NCBI GenBank assembly: GCA_029288775.1
Contig: JARIGQ010000004.1
Coordinates: 3,303-67,302, forward strand
DNA from: Candidatus Nomurabacteria bacterium
GTDB taxonomy: Bacteria; Patescibacteriota; Minisyncoccia; Phycocordibacterales; UBA5272
Length of the DNA: 64,000 bases
Direction of reading: 5' to 3'
Part shown: positions 9,146 to 19,095 of the stretch, piece after piece
Layout of the letters: every line of letters starts with the position of its first letter
How positions within the stretch are numbered: position 1 is the stretch's first letter
The notes under the pieces: generated by a model
Told to the model about the DNA's origin: nothing
The model's input: the letters and a program-made list of their open reading frames with translations, nothing else
The model's database searches: none
Translations under genes and position numbers: made by a program

Positions 9146-9824
9146 CGAGTTCGGTCAAAAGTGTTTTTACTTGGCGATCAGAAAGGGTATGTACTTGGCC
9201 TTGTTTTAATCCATGACTTACAAAAGAGAGTATGCGTACGCGTTTAAGTGTCTTTACGGTAAGATTAAGCGCATTAAGCATACGGCGTATCTCATGTTTC
9301 TTGCCTTCGGTAAGAATAATGCGTAGCGAGTAGCCTTCGTTATAAATCGCTACTGATTTTACCGGAGCATATTGGGCTTCTTGGGTGCGAATGCCTTTCT
9401 TAAGAAGAGTGACAACGCGCGGTGTGCATTTTTCGCGCACAGTAACTTCATATTCTTTTTCTCGAGCGTGACGAGGATGAAGGAGCGCATCCACTACACG
9501 ATAATCATTTGAATAAAGGAGTAAACCTTCACTTTCTTTGTCCAAGCGACCCAAGGGTTCGCAGTGAGGAAGTTCGGGGAGAGGTCCTGTTACCACGCCA
9601 CGCGGCTTGTAATACAAAGCATACATATAGTTGGTTTCCGGCGCCTGTACGGAAATTACGTCACCCTTTTTTACTTTACTGCCAAGCGTGGCAGGCTTTT
9701 TGTTAATGAGAATATATCCTTTTTCTATATAGGTATCGATGGTGCGGCGAGAGCCTATTCCTTCATCACGTAGAAAAGCATTGATTCTCATTTCTTCTTT
9801 GGTTGTAACTTTTATTTCTCGCAT
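9132..9824 (-). CDS. Pseudouridine synthase, RsuA/RluB family (S4 domain plus catalytic domain)
   Basis: N-terminal S4-like RINAFLRDEGIGSRRTID..GYILINKK, the catalytic motif GRLDKESEGLLLYSNDYR, and HEIRRM. Confidence 0.8.
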   Translation of the reverse strand: MREIKVTTKEEMRINAFLRDEGIGSRRTIDTYIEKGYILINKKPATLGSKVKKGDVISVQAPETNYMYALYYKPRGVVTGPLPELPHCEPLGRLDKESEGLLLYSNDYRVVDALLHPRHAREKEYEVTVREKCTPRVVTLLKKGIRTQEAQYAPVKSVAIYNEGYSLRIILTEGKKHEIRRMLNALNLTVKTLKRVRILSFVSHGLKQGQVHTLSDRQVKTLLTELAIPQ

Positions 9825-9845
9825 GGTAATGGATTGAGGAAAGGA

Positions 9846-11015
9846 TTATCTGGTATCTTTCATTGGTAAGACGTACGAAACACTCCACAAAAGTGCACAA
9901 CCTAAAACAATAAACATAAGTTGGGGTCGCTCTACAAGGAACGGAGCAAGCGCCAAACCGATTGCCCCTACTGCTATGGTTGCAAATGACATCGTGTTTG
10001 AAAAAAGCGCCGTAAGGGAAGCATCTTCCGGACCTACTTTTTTGAAGTAGTATGCAAAGGCCATCGTTTCCACAAAAGCTGCCCCGATACGAGAACTCAG
10101 GAGGACGATAAGCCATAGTGAGACGCTCGGCACATCTATTAAAACACACAGGAAGGTAGTGAGGGCAAGAATAAGCAATCCTCCAATCAAAAGTTCTTTC
10201 TCTCCGAGTTTGGTATCTGCAAGGTAGCCAAGCTCGTAAGGAAGGACGACAAGAGGAATAAGTGCAAAGGGAAGTATGGCCGTAAGATACACAGGAAGAT
10301 TAATGCCAATGGTTACAAGGTACATCGGTGAATAGATAATCATCACTGCATAAAAACATTGCGCCATGAATTCCGCCATGAGTGCAGCGCGTATGTTTTT
10401 ATCTTTCCACGCCACCTTAAGTGCTTGCAGCATATTGATACGATCATATGCAGGCTCCTCAATATGCAAAAAATAATGGTGAATGAGAATTACAAACGGA
10501 ATAAGCATACACGCAGAGACAATATATACGGTAGAAAATGAAGCAACCGAAAGAATTGCTCCCGCAAGAACAGGGGAAATTAAGATGCCTATATTTAAGA
10601 GCGTGAGAAAGATACCTCGAATGGAACCTGTTTCTGCATGCTTTGAAAAGCTTTCGATAAACACATTCAAACAGACATAGATAAGGGTTTGCAGGAGAAA
10701 ATGTGTAATAAAGAGAAACGCAAGCAGATAGGGGTTTTGGAATAAGCCGAAGGCAATCGTAGCTACTATCTCTGCAGCTACAAGTGACATGGTGAATCGA
10801 TAGGTGTGCAAACGACGCATGTACTTGGAAACCGACATTGATCCATAGAGTGCGGCAAAGCTTCCAATCATATAAATGAGGCTCACATTGCCAGCACTCC
10901 AATAGGTATGCAGGTAGGACGAACTTACATACAAGGGTATGCCATAGTGCAGCGCGTAGAGGATAGTAAGAAGATAACTTACAAGAAGAAGACGGTTTTT
11001 GACAATGGCATGCAT
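9846..11015 (-). CDS. MFS-type transporter (about 12 predicted TM segments)
   Basis: Hydrophobic 389-aa ORF with repeated TM helices and MFS-like loop motifs; specificity unknown. Confidence 0.6.
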   Translation of the reverse strand: MHAIVKNRLLLVSYLLTILYALHYGIPLYVSSSYLHTYWSAGNVSLIYMIGSFAALYGSMSVSKYMRRLHTYRFTMSLVAAEIVATIAFGLFQNPYLLAFLFITHFLLQTLIYVCLNVFIESFSKHAETGSIRGIFLTLLNIGILISPVLAGAILSVASFSTVYIVSACMLIPFVILIHHYFLHIEEPAYDRINMLQALKVAWKDKNIRAALMAEFMAQCFYAVMIIYSPMYLVTIGINLPVYLTAILPFALIPLVVLPYELGYLADTKLGEKELLIGGLLILALTTFLCVLIDVPSVSLWLIVLLSSRIGAAFVETMAFAYYFKKVGPEDASLTALFSNTMSFATIAVGAIGLALAPFLVERPQLMFIVLGCALLWSVSYVLPMKDTR

Positions 11016-11067
11016 AACAAAAGTATATAGGAAAAAGGGCCGTTTTCCGGCCCGTTTTCCACGTACG

Positions 11068-12915
11068 CTAGACGGTAATGATTACTGGAATAATAACTGG
11101 TCGCTTTGCAGTCTTTTGCAGAAGAAACTTGGTAGTTGATTCCGTCACATCCTGCTTGAGCTGGTCGAGATTCATATATCCGCCTCGAGCAAGGGCATCC
11201 TCGATAACTTTCTTGGTTAGGAGGCGTGTTTGATATAGCAAATCTTGTGATTCCTTGAGATAGACGAAGCCACGCGAAATAAGATCAGGGGATTTCTTAA
11301 GTGTGTGTGTTCGGCTGTCGATAACACCAATCACGACGAACATTCCATCTTCCGCAAGAGCTTGTCTATCGCGCATGACCACATCTTGTATCTTGCCCAC
11401 AGATGTTCCGTCTACCACAATCATTTCCGAGGGAGCTTTTTCCTTGATAATACCAATCTTATTTCCACCATCAGTGATTTCGATCACCATACCGTTATCA
11501 GGAATGACGATATTTTCTTCAGGGGTACCGAGCTTGCGTTCGATGTCGGCATGGACGCGAAGCATATAGTGATAGCCGTGTACGGGGATGAAGAACTTAG
11601 GATGCACTTTCCGGTGAATCCACATGAGTTCATCATGATTAGCGTGACCTGAAGAATGAACATCAGATGTCTTATAGTGAATAAGATGAGCACCTTGGCG
11701 AGAAAGTTTGTCTTTCAGGTTTTGTACTGCGCGTTCGTTGCCTGGCACGATAGAGGAGGACATGAGAATGGTGTCGCGCGGAGTAAGGCGAATAAATTTG
11801 TGCGTTTTATTCGCAATGCGACCGAGAGCTGCAAATTCTTCTCCTTGTTGGCCGGTAGCCAAAATGATAAGTTTGTTTTCCGGGTAGCGATTCATGTCTT
11901 CGAGAGGAATAAGCGTCTCCGGTTTTACTTTGAGCATGTTTGCAAGCTTGGCGATCTCCACGTTAGTTTTCATGCTGCGGCCTTCCACCACCACTTTTTT
12001 GCCATATTTCTCTGCGGTATTAAGCATGAAGAGCATACGTTCTACCTGGGAAGCAAATGTAGAAATAATAAGACGGCCCGGGGTCTCGCGAATGATTGTT
12101 TCAATGTTGTTATACACGACCGTGTCCGAAATGGAGAATCCAGGGTTTTCACAGTTTGTCGAATCTGCCATAAGCAGGAGTACGTTACGATGTTCGAATA
12201 CTTTATAACGCTCAACTTCATCATCCGTTGGAATGCCGTCATTGTGTTCGAGACGCAAGTCACCAGTGTGAACCACATCTCCATAAGGAGTTTCTACAAT
12301 GATTCCCATGGAGTCAGGAATAGCGTGAGTTACACCAAAGAAGCGCACCTTAAGATCACCTAACGTTACCGTATCGTCTTTTTCAACCACGTTGATGGTA
12401 AGCGGAGCAAGGTGAGGGAATTCTTCTTGTCGCTTTTTAATCATGAGTGACGTAAAGAGCCTGGCATAAATCTGAGGGTTGCCAATGCGGGGCATAATAT
12501 AAGGGATAGCTCCAATGTGGTCGAGATGGCCGTGGGTCACCAGTACGCCTTTGATTTTATGTTTATGTTCTTCCAAATAACGAGTGTTTGGAAGAATAAA
12601 GTCGATACCTGGCGTATGGGTTTCGGTGAACTGAATACCGGAGTCAACAATCACAATACTATCCTTGTATTCAATCATACTCATGTTTCGGCCAATTTCT
12701 TCTACACCTCCCAAGTGAATGACGCGGATATCGCCGTCTTTGAGTGGGGGAATATGATCGGTTTCGCGTTTTCCGGAAACGGTCGTATCGAATTTTGGTC
12801 CAACCATAGACCGTGGTGGACGAGCATTGCGTCCACGACCGCCGCGAGACCGCTCGCGCCGGACGGGAGGAGCTTGAGTTTCGTTCTTTGGTGTTGTTGT
12901 AATTTCTTCGTTCAT
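11068..12915 (-). CDS. rnj: Ribonuclease J (metallo-beta-lactamase/beta-CASP) with an Arg-rich N-terminal extension
   Basis: HGHLDHIGAIPYI (the HxHxDH motif), a beta-CASP region, and an RNase J C-terminal domain; N-terminal RRERSRGGRGRNARPPRS. Confidence 0.9.
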   Translation of the reverse strand: MNEEITTTPKNETQAPPVRRERSRGGRGRNARPPRSMVGPKFDTTVSGKRETDHIPPLKDGDIRVIHLGGVEEIGRNMSMIEYKDSIVIVDSGIQFTETHTPGIDFILPNTRYLEEHKHKIKGVLVTHGHLDHIGAIPYIMPRIGNPQIYARLFTSLMIKKRQEEFPHLAPLTINVVEKDDTVTLGDLKVRFFGVTHAIPDSMGIIVETPYGDVVHTGDLRLEHNDGIPTDDEVERYKVFEHRNVLLLMADSTNCENPGFSISDTVVYNNIETIIRETPGRLIISTFASQVERMLFMLNTAEKYGKKVVVEGRSMKTNVEIAKLANMLKVKPETLIPLEDMNRYPENKLIILATGQQGEEFAALGRIANKTHKFIRLTPRDTILMSSSIVPGNERAVQNLKDKLSRQGAHLIHYKTSDVHSSGHANHDELMWIHRKVHPKFFIPVHGYHYMLRVHADIERKLGTPEENIVIPDNGMVIEITDGGNKIGIIKEKAPSEMIVVDGTSVGKIQDVVMRDRQALAEDGMFVVIGVIDSRTHTLKKSPDLISRGFVYLKESQDLLYQTRLLTKKVIEDALARGGYMNLDQLKQDVTESTTKFLLQKTAKRPVIIPVIITV

Positions 12916-12952
12916 AGTATTGTGGTTAATTGCTAGTCTGTTCCCGGGAGGG

Positions 12953-14689
12953 TTAATGAATAATATTTTCTACTACCTGCTCAATCCGTTTGGTATATGT
13001 TATCGGCCATACTCGCTCGGTGTATACGTGCCATTCGTTAACAAGGGTGAAGCGTGAAGAGTTGGTATAGCTTACGGAAGGGAGTACGGTCGCTGCTTTG
13101 TCTTTTGTGACATAAATAAGCGAGGGAGCAAAGAGGAATATTCCGGGCACTTCTTCTTGGAACTCATCTTTTACTTTTGCATAGGTACTTGCGCGAGCTT
13201 CAGGATCCGTTTCTGTGCGCAATGTCTGGAGATTCGTGTCGAGACTATTGGAAACATAATTGGAGATATTAAGTCCGGGATAATTTCTTTGCGAGGAGTG
13301 CCAGAACGCATAGAGATCGGAAGGGGTTTCTACAATGGAACCAAAGAGAAGCGCTTGGAAGTCACGCTCGCGAATCACTGTTTGATTGAGATCTGTTACT
13401 TCATAGACGGCAAGGTTTACATTGATGCCGATTGCTTCCCAATAACTTTTGATCATGGTAGCAACTGCACGCATTTCATCGGTATTGGCAGTGGTCAACG
13501 TAATAGTAATTTGCTGCTTGGCTTTGCTTTCTTTTGAAAGAGAGAGAAGGCGTTTTGCTTCCTCAGGATCATAGGTTGAAACCGAAGTTTCATCGTCAAA
13601 TGGGAATGGGCCATCAAGTGCTTTGCCATAATTATGGAGCACGTTGTGTACGATGGCGTTCTTATCAATTGCTGCCTGGAGCGCTTGGCGTACTACTTTC
13701 TCTGAAAGAGCGGAGTTCTTATTAGGATTGAAAAATACCGTGAATGTGCGAGGGAGAAGGGAAGTGCGAACAGAGGATGAAGCTACCCCAAGCTGAAGTA
13801 CTTCATCGGGAGAAATACCGTGAATACGACTTACCTCTCCATCTTCAAATGCTTGAACGAGGTACTTTTCGCTTTGATAGGTTTTGATAATTAATGTATT
13901 GATGTACGGACGTCCAAGTGTGTATTTTTCATGTGCGGCAAGGTCAAATTCATACGGAATACCGGAAGATGTCTGAATGTCGTCGATTTTGTACGGTCCG
14001 CTTCCGATTGCGTGAATATTATAATCAGAGAGACTGAATTGTTCGACGCTAAGATTTTTCCAAATATGCTTAGGAAGAATGCCAAGTGTTAAGTTATTGA
14101 AAAAGAGAGGATATGGTTGGCGAAGGGTAAAAGTAAGTTCCTTGTCGCTTATTTTTTGCATAGTGATCCCTTCCCATTCAAGGCGGTGTGGGCTTTTGAT
14201 ATTTGCATCTTGCACGAGATTGATCGTATAGATTACGTCGTCTGCTGTAACTGGTTTACCATCGTGAAAAGTTGCTCCAGATTTAATGACAACATCATAA
14301 TGAAGATGATCATCGCTTTCGGTGATTGATTCTGCCATGTCATAGACGGTATTGCCTGCCTCGTCATACTTTGTAAGACCCGCATAAACGAGTGACGTGA
14401 GATCCTGATCCTGTTCAGTGCTTGCAAGGACAGGGTTAATGAAGCGGGGAGTTCCGATGATTCCTTCCGATATGCTTCCTCCATAACTTGGCACATTCAC
14501 GAGAAAGCGAGAGTTGATAGAGATAAGCGCCGAAAAGAGAAGTATTGCGGAGATAAACAAAAGCACCCACATCAAAATGACCTGTTCCGGAGAAAGTGAT
14601 CGATACAACTCCTTAAGTTTTGAAGGAGTTTTCTTGATTTCGCGATTGAAATCTTCTGGTATGTGAGAGGTGTCCATATCTAGAAGCAC
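12953..14689 (-). CDS. ABC transporter substrate-binding protein, family 5 (peptide/nickel type), membrane-anchored
   Basis: N-terminal TM helix, then the SBP_bac_5 signature (YDMAESITESDDHLHYDVVIKSGATFHDGKPVTADDVIYT). Confidence 0.75.
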   Translation of the reverse strand: MLLDMDTSHIPEDFNREIKKTPSKLKELYRSLSPEQVILMWVLLFISAILLFSALISINSRFLVNVPSYGGSISEGIIGTPRFINPVLASTEQDQDLTSLVYAGLTKYDEAGNTVYDMAESITESDDHLHYDVVIKSGATFHDGKPVTADDVIYTINLVQDANIKSPHRLEWEGITMQKISDKELTFTLRQPYPLFFNNLTLGILPKHIWKNLSVEQFSLSDYNIHAIGSGPYKIDDIQTSSGIPYEFDLAAHEKYTLGRPYINTLIIKTYQSEKYLVQAFEDGEVSRIHGISPDEVLQLGVASSSVRTSLLPRTFTVFFNPNKNSALSEKVVRQALQAAIDKNAIVHNVLHNYGKALDGPFPFDDETSVSTYDPEEAKRLLSLSKESKAKQQITITLTTANTDEMRAVATMIKSYWEAIGINVNLAVYEVTDLNQTVIRERDFQALLFGSIVETPSDLYAFWHSSQRNYPGLNISNYVSNSLDTNLQTLRTETDPEARASTYAKVKDEFQEEVPGIFLFAPSLIYVTKDKAATVLPSVSYTNSSRFTLVNEWHVYTERVWPITYTKRIEQVVENIIH

Positions 14690-14712
14690 ATGGACTAGCT
14701 ATCGTGACTTAC

Positions 14713-14952
14713 TTATCTGACGATGAGAGGGTAGGCAAGCGTTATCACAAACAAAAGCGATGTGATAATCGTCATGCGATGTAATACCAATTCTCCACCG
14801 CGCTTTTCAAAGCTAGCTCCAGCCCCGTCGGCACCGAGTGCGCCAGACGCGTCGGTATTGGCTCGTTGGATGAGCACGAGGGCGATGAGGAGAATAGCTA
14901 GCGTTATTTGCACAATAGATAGCATGTGAACCATGATCCTATTATACCACAA
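14713..14952 (-). CDS. secG: Preprotein translocase subunit SecG
   Basis: LSIVQITLAILLIALVLIQ ... GADGAGASFEKRGG ... second TM; a SecG-like arrangement. The true start may be the internal ATG at 14934 or 14925. Confidence 0.65.
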   Translation of the reverse strand: MWYNRIMVHMLSIVQITLAILLIALVLIQRANTDASGALGADGAGASFEKRGGELVLHRMTIITSLLFVITLAYPLIVR

Positions 14953-15004
14953 GGCAAATAGAGGTGTAAATAGAATGGAAAATGGGGAAAAGTGTGACTT
15001 ACCC

Positions 15005-18000
15005 CTAGGTAAGCATCTTGATTTCGTCGACTACAAGGGTCTTTTCTCCGTTCCTTGTAGCCACTTTCCCGCGCACAACGATCGGCACATCAAGGACAAT
15101 AGAAGATTTGTAGCGCTTATAGGTTTCGGGGAACACGGCAACTTCCATAGCCCCTCTATAGTCTCGCAGGCGTACAAGAGCCATATGGTCGCCTTTTTTG
15201 GTTTTGGTGATCTTGGAGTTTTCAATGATTGCAGCCAGGGAAACTTCCTTACCATCTGCTATATCGTGGTGTATTTTTTCAATGTCTAATCCTCGTGCAG
15301 CAATTTTTTCTTTCCATGGATCAAGTGGGAAACCGGAGACAAAGAGTCCAAGCAGCTCTTTTTCCCATTGTAATTTTTGTTCTTGAGAAATAGGGGGAGC
15401 AGGTTTCATGACAAAAGATGTTGTATCTTCTGTACCAAACAATGAATCTTGCAGCACGTTGTCTTTCACTACGTGCTTATGGAAAGCGAGGATGTTATCC
15501 ATGTTTGCAAGTATTTGTCCGCGATCACCAAGTTCGTCGAGTGCACCACACATGGTGAGTGCTTCGAGAGATTTTTTGTTGAGGTTTTTATGCGTTACTC
15601 GGCGAATGAATTGTTCAAATGAAGTGAAGCGCCCGTTCTTATTCCGTTCTTCGATGATTGCATCCGAAATATCTACTCCTAAGTTTTTAATGGTGTAGAG
15701 TCCGAAACGAATTTCTTCTTTACCATTACTATCTTTAATAATGGAGAAACCTCCTTCGGATGCGTTTACATCCGGTGGAAGCACATTGATATTCATACGT
15801 TTACATTCCGCCACAATTTCTGCAATCTTTTCTACGTCTCCCGATTCATTTGTCATAATCGCTGTCATGTACGCGACAGGGAAGTTTGCTTTCATGTATG
15901 CCGTCTGGTACGCCACACGACCATAACTTGCAGCATGAGCCTTGTTGAATCCATATGCGGCAAATGGTTCGATTTGTTCCCACAGCAAGTCCGCCTTTTT
16001 TTGCGAAAGTCCATGTTCAATGAATCCTTGCATGAGCTTTTCTTTTTGCGCTGCCATTTCTGCAGGAATCTTTTTACCCATAGCTTTGCGAAGCTTATCC
16101 GCTTCAAGCCACGAGTACCCCGCCAAGTGAATAGCGATGAGCATCACGTCGTCTTGATATACGATGACACCGAATGATTGATCGAGTACTTGCTCAAGAC
16201 GTGGATCCACAAAAGAAATGAGCGAAGGGTTATGTTTTCGCTTGATGTATTCGGGAATCATTTCAAGCGGTCCCGGACGATAGAGCGCCACCATGGCGTT
16301 GATGTCGAAGATGGTTGAAGGTTTTAGTTCCTTTAAAAACCGTGTCATGCCAGAGCCGTTTAATTGGAAGAGTCCCATCGTTTCTCCGCGAGCAAGCATG
16401 TCAAATGTCTTTTGATCATCAAGCGGAATTGCTTCTATATCGAGCTTTACTCCATAACGGTCCTCGGCAATTTTAATGGCATCTCCTAAGATGGTGAGAT
16501 TACGAATACCCAAGAAGTCGAATTTAAGCAGACCGGCATCTTCGATCGTATACATATCATATTGTGTGATGATCTTGCCGCCTTTGGGATCTTTTTGTAT
16601 TGGGGTAAAGTCCCAGAGCGGAGAAGGGGAGATTACCGTGCCTGCTGCGTGTACAGAGATGTGTCGTGCACATCCTTCTACTTTTTGTGCCATGTCGAGA
16701 ATCATTTGTACTTCACGATCAGTGTCATACATTTCCTTAAGTTCCGGAACATCAACAAGCGCACTTGCAATGGTGACAGGGAATCCTTGTTTGGGTGGAG
16801 GAATCATTTTGGAAATTCTATCGCCAACGGTGTAGGGGAATTTCATTGCGCGCGCGACATCCTTCACTGCGCCACGAGCCATCATGGTACCGAAGGTTCC
16901 GATCTGGGCCACGTTATCAATTCCGTATTTGCTTCGTGCATAATCAATTACTTCATCGCGTCTTGTATCGGCATAGTCCATATCGATATCCGGTGCAGAC
17001 GGACGTTCTGGATTGAGAAAGCGTTCAAATGGAAGCTTGTATTCAAAAGGGTTACATTTTGTAATTTGAAGCAAATACGTTACGAGTGAGCCCGCAACCG
17101 ACCCTCGAATATTAGTGAGAATATTATTTTCTCGCGCGAAACGAAGAAGGTCGTATACCACAAGAAAGTATGGAGAATAGCCTTTGTCTGCAATCACTTT
17201 AAGCTCATAATCTAAACGCTCTAGTACATGCGGAGCAGGCTCCATGTCTCGTACTTGAAGTCCTGCATAGGCAAGCTCACGGAGATCTTCATCGTAGCTT
17301 TTTTTGAATTCAATATTGGGAAATACCCATTTGCCTAGAGGTATTTGTACATCACACAATTCGGCAAGCTTAACTGTGTTTTCAAGCGCATCCGGAATAT
17401 CTGCATATTGTTTCGCTGCTGCCTCTGGATCCACAAAAGAAAAGTCTTCTTTTTGAAAAAGGTGTGCGTATCTGTTTTGAGAGTATTCGTCACCGTGGAC
17501 AAAGTACAGTGTTTTGTGAGCTGCTTTATCATTAGGGCTTAAATAGTGTGAATTCCAGGTTGCAATAAGAGGGGTGTTTGTTTCGCGTGCAAGAGCGATT
17601 GTTTTTTCCCGCATAAGTGGTCCATGTTCCATTGCAGTATGCGGATTGATCTCGAGAAAGAAATGTTCACCAAAGTGTTCCTTGTAAAAAGCTAAGCGCG
17701 TCCTCGCTTCTTCTTCATTAATCGCCAGAAGATTGCTCACCTCTCCCCATTGTCCACCCGAAAGGAGAGTGATCCCATCTTTGTAGGTGAGAAGTATGTC
17801 TTGGGTGAGTACTGGTTCCAGTGGATTCTCGACGTTTACAATAGAGGTAATACGCATGAGATTTTTATAGCCCTGCAAACTATGTGCAATGAGAACTGTT
17901 TTAAACTTCCTGTCATTGTAATGAAGGTCAAATTCCACCCCTATGATAGGTTTTAATCCTTCTTTTTCACACGCTTTAGAAAACTCAATAGCGCCATACA

Positions 18001-18157
18001 TATTGCTGTAATCAGTAAGCCCTACAGCAGTATGACCATAGGATTTTGCTTTCTTTACGAGCGCATCTATTTTAGGGAGAGCGGAGAGAAGGGAATAGTG
18101 GCTATGGTTACGAAGATGCACGAACATAGGGTTAGTATACAGCATGATAAAGCTCAC
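15005..18157 (-). CDS. dnaE: DNA polymerase III alpha subunit (DnaE)
   Basis: PHP domain (FVHLRNHSHYSLL), polymerase core motifs, and a C-terminal OB-fold; 1050 aa. The start may be an internal Met (18142 or 18127). Confidence 0.9.
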   Translation of the reverse strand: MSFIMLYTNPMFVHLRNHSHYSLLSALPKIDALVKKAKSYGHTAVGLTDYSNMYGAIEFSKACEKEGLKPIIGVEFDLHYNDRKFKTVLIAHSLQGYKNLMRITSIVNVENPLEPVLTQDILLTYKDGITLLSGGQWGEVSNLLAINEEEARTRLAFYKEHFGEHFFLEINPHTAMEHGPLMREKTIALARETNTPLIATWNSHYLSPNDKAAHKTLYFVHGDEYSQNRYAHLFQKEDFSFVDPEAAAKQYADIPDALENTVKLAELCDVQIPLGKWVFPNIEFKKSYDEDLRELAYAGLQVRDMEPAPHVLERLDYELKVIADKGYSPYFLVVYDLLRFARENNILTNIRGSVAGSLVTYLLQITKCNPFEYKLPFERFLNPERPSAPDIDMDYADTRRDEVIDYARSKYGIDNVAQIGTFGTMMARGAVKDVARAMKFPYTVGDRISKMIPPPKQGFPVTIASALVDVPELKEMYDTDREVQMILDMAQKVEGCARHISVHAAGTVISPSPLWDFTPIQKDPKGGKIITQYDMYTIEDAGLLKFDFLGIRNLTILGDAIKIAEDRYGVKLDIEAIPLDDQKTFDMLARGETMGLFQLNGSGMTRFLKELKPSTIFDINAMVALYRPGPLEMIPEYIKRKHNPSLISFVDPRLEQVLDQSFGVIVYQDDVMLIAIHLAGYSWLEADKLRKAMGKKIPAEMAAQKEKLMQGFIEHGLSQKKADLLWEQIEPFAAYGFNKAHAASYGRVAYQTAYMKANFPVAYMTAIMTNESGDVEKIAEIVAECKRMNINVLPPDVNASEGGFSIIKDSNGKEEIRFGLYTIKNLGVDISDAIIEERNKNGRFTSFEQFIRRVTHKNLNKKSLEALTMCGALDELGDRGQILANMDNILAFHKHVVKDNVLQDSLFGTEDTTSFVMKPAPPISQEQKLQWEKELLGLFVSGFPLDPWKEKIAARGLDIEKIHHDIADGKEVSLAAIIENSKITKTKKGDHMALVRLRDYRGAMEVAVFPETYKRYKSSIVLDVPIVVRGKVATRNGEKTLVVDEIKMLT

Positions 18158-18197
18158 TAATCGGCATAGAGGAGGGATCTCTTATATACTCTGTGTG

Positions 18198-18860
18198 ATG
18201 TCAAAACTACCACCAAAACGCTCCATCCAGTACCCTTTCAAGGGTTGTATTGGGATAGATGAAGCGGGTCGCGGTCCTTTAGCCGGTCCGGTTACAGTGT
18301 GTGCGTGCTTTGTGGAAGATCTAAAAGAAGTAAAAAGAGTACTTTTTTCTAATTCTATTAGAGACTCTAAAAAACTTAATAATTCATTAAGAATCAATAT
18401 ATTTAAAACTATTAGACAAAAACGATTAATTAAATCTCGCATAGAATATGCAATTGCATCTCGTTCCGCTGCATTTATAGACCAGCATGGCATTGTGAAA
18501 GCAGTGGACGCGTGTATTGTTTCCTGTCTACGCACATTAAGTCGCAAGGGTCTTCCTGTGGAAACCCTCAAGATACGCTTGGATGGAGGTTTAAAAATTA
18601 AGCACTATAAGGCTAACCAGAGTACTCATATCAAAGGGGATGAACAGTTTGTAGAAATAGCTTTAGCCTCTATTGTGGCTAAAGTACATAGAGATAGCTA
18701 TATGGAGCGACTAGCAAAGCAAATAAAGGGATACAAGTGGGAAAATAACGTCGGGTATGGAACCAAAGAGCATAGAGAGGCTATAGGTAACATGGGTGCC
18801 ACAAAATACCACAGAAGTACGTATTTAAAAGGGTTTAAACTATTCGATAAAGCAGAATAA
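18198..18860 (+). CDS. rnhB: Ribonuclease HII
   Basis: GIDEAGRGPLAGPVTV, DSKKL and ASIVAKVHRD motifs. The start is trimmed from 18144 to ATG 18198, so it lies 40 bp from the divergent dnaE start. Confidence 0.85.
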   Translation: MSKLPPKRSIQYPFKGCIGIDEAGRGPLAGPVTVCACFVEDLKEVKRVLFSNSIRDSKKLNNSLRINIFKTIRQKRLIKSRIEYAIASRSAAFIDQHGIVKAVDACIVSCLRTLSRKGLPVETLKIRLDGGLKIKHYKANQSTHIKGDEQFVEIALASIVAKVHRDSYMERLAKQIKGYKWENNVGYGTKEHREAIGNMGATKYHRSTYLKGFKLFDKAE

Positions 18861-19095
18861 TTAAAAGAGGTCATTTTGGGCAAAAATTACAAAAAATTCA
18901 TCTTTTTGAGGGTGCTATAGAACGACCATAGAACGCTTCTCTAGAGGGCGTTCTAACCCCCTTAATAGCGGGGGGATAATTTATGCAAAAAAGTTAAAAT
19001 CACTTTTTAAGATAAGGGTTTTTTGTTTGGACTTTATCCACATTTTTTACTACTTTTATTCACGATTTTTACTATACTTAATAGTAATAAATTGC

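Noticed and set aside
11303-12363. Plus-strand ORFs within the rnj coding region (11303-11652, 11656-12363)
   Set aside because: They are antisense to the strongly supported RNase J CDS; no motifs.
19033-19041. Perfect DnaA-box-like nonamer TTATCCACA just upstream of the giant gene
   Set aside because: Single copy. A given 9-mer is expected about 0.5 times by chance in 64 kb on two strands, and there is no dnaA/dnaN or AT-rich unwinding element nearby.
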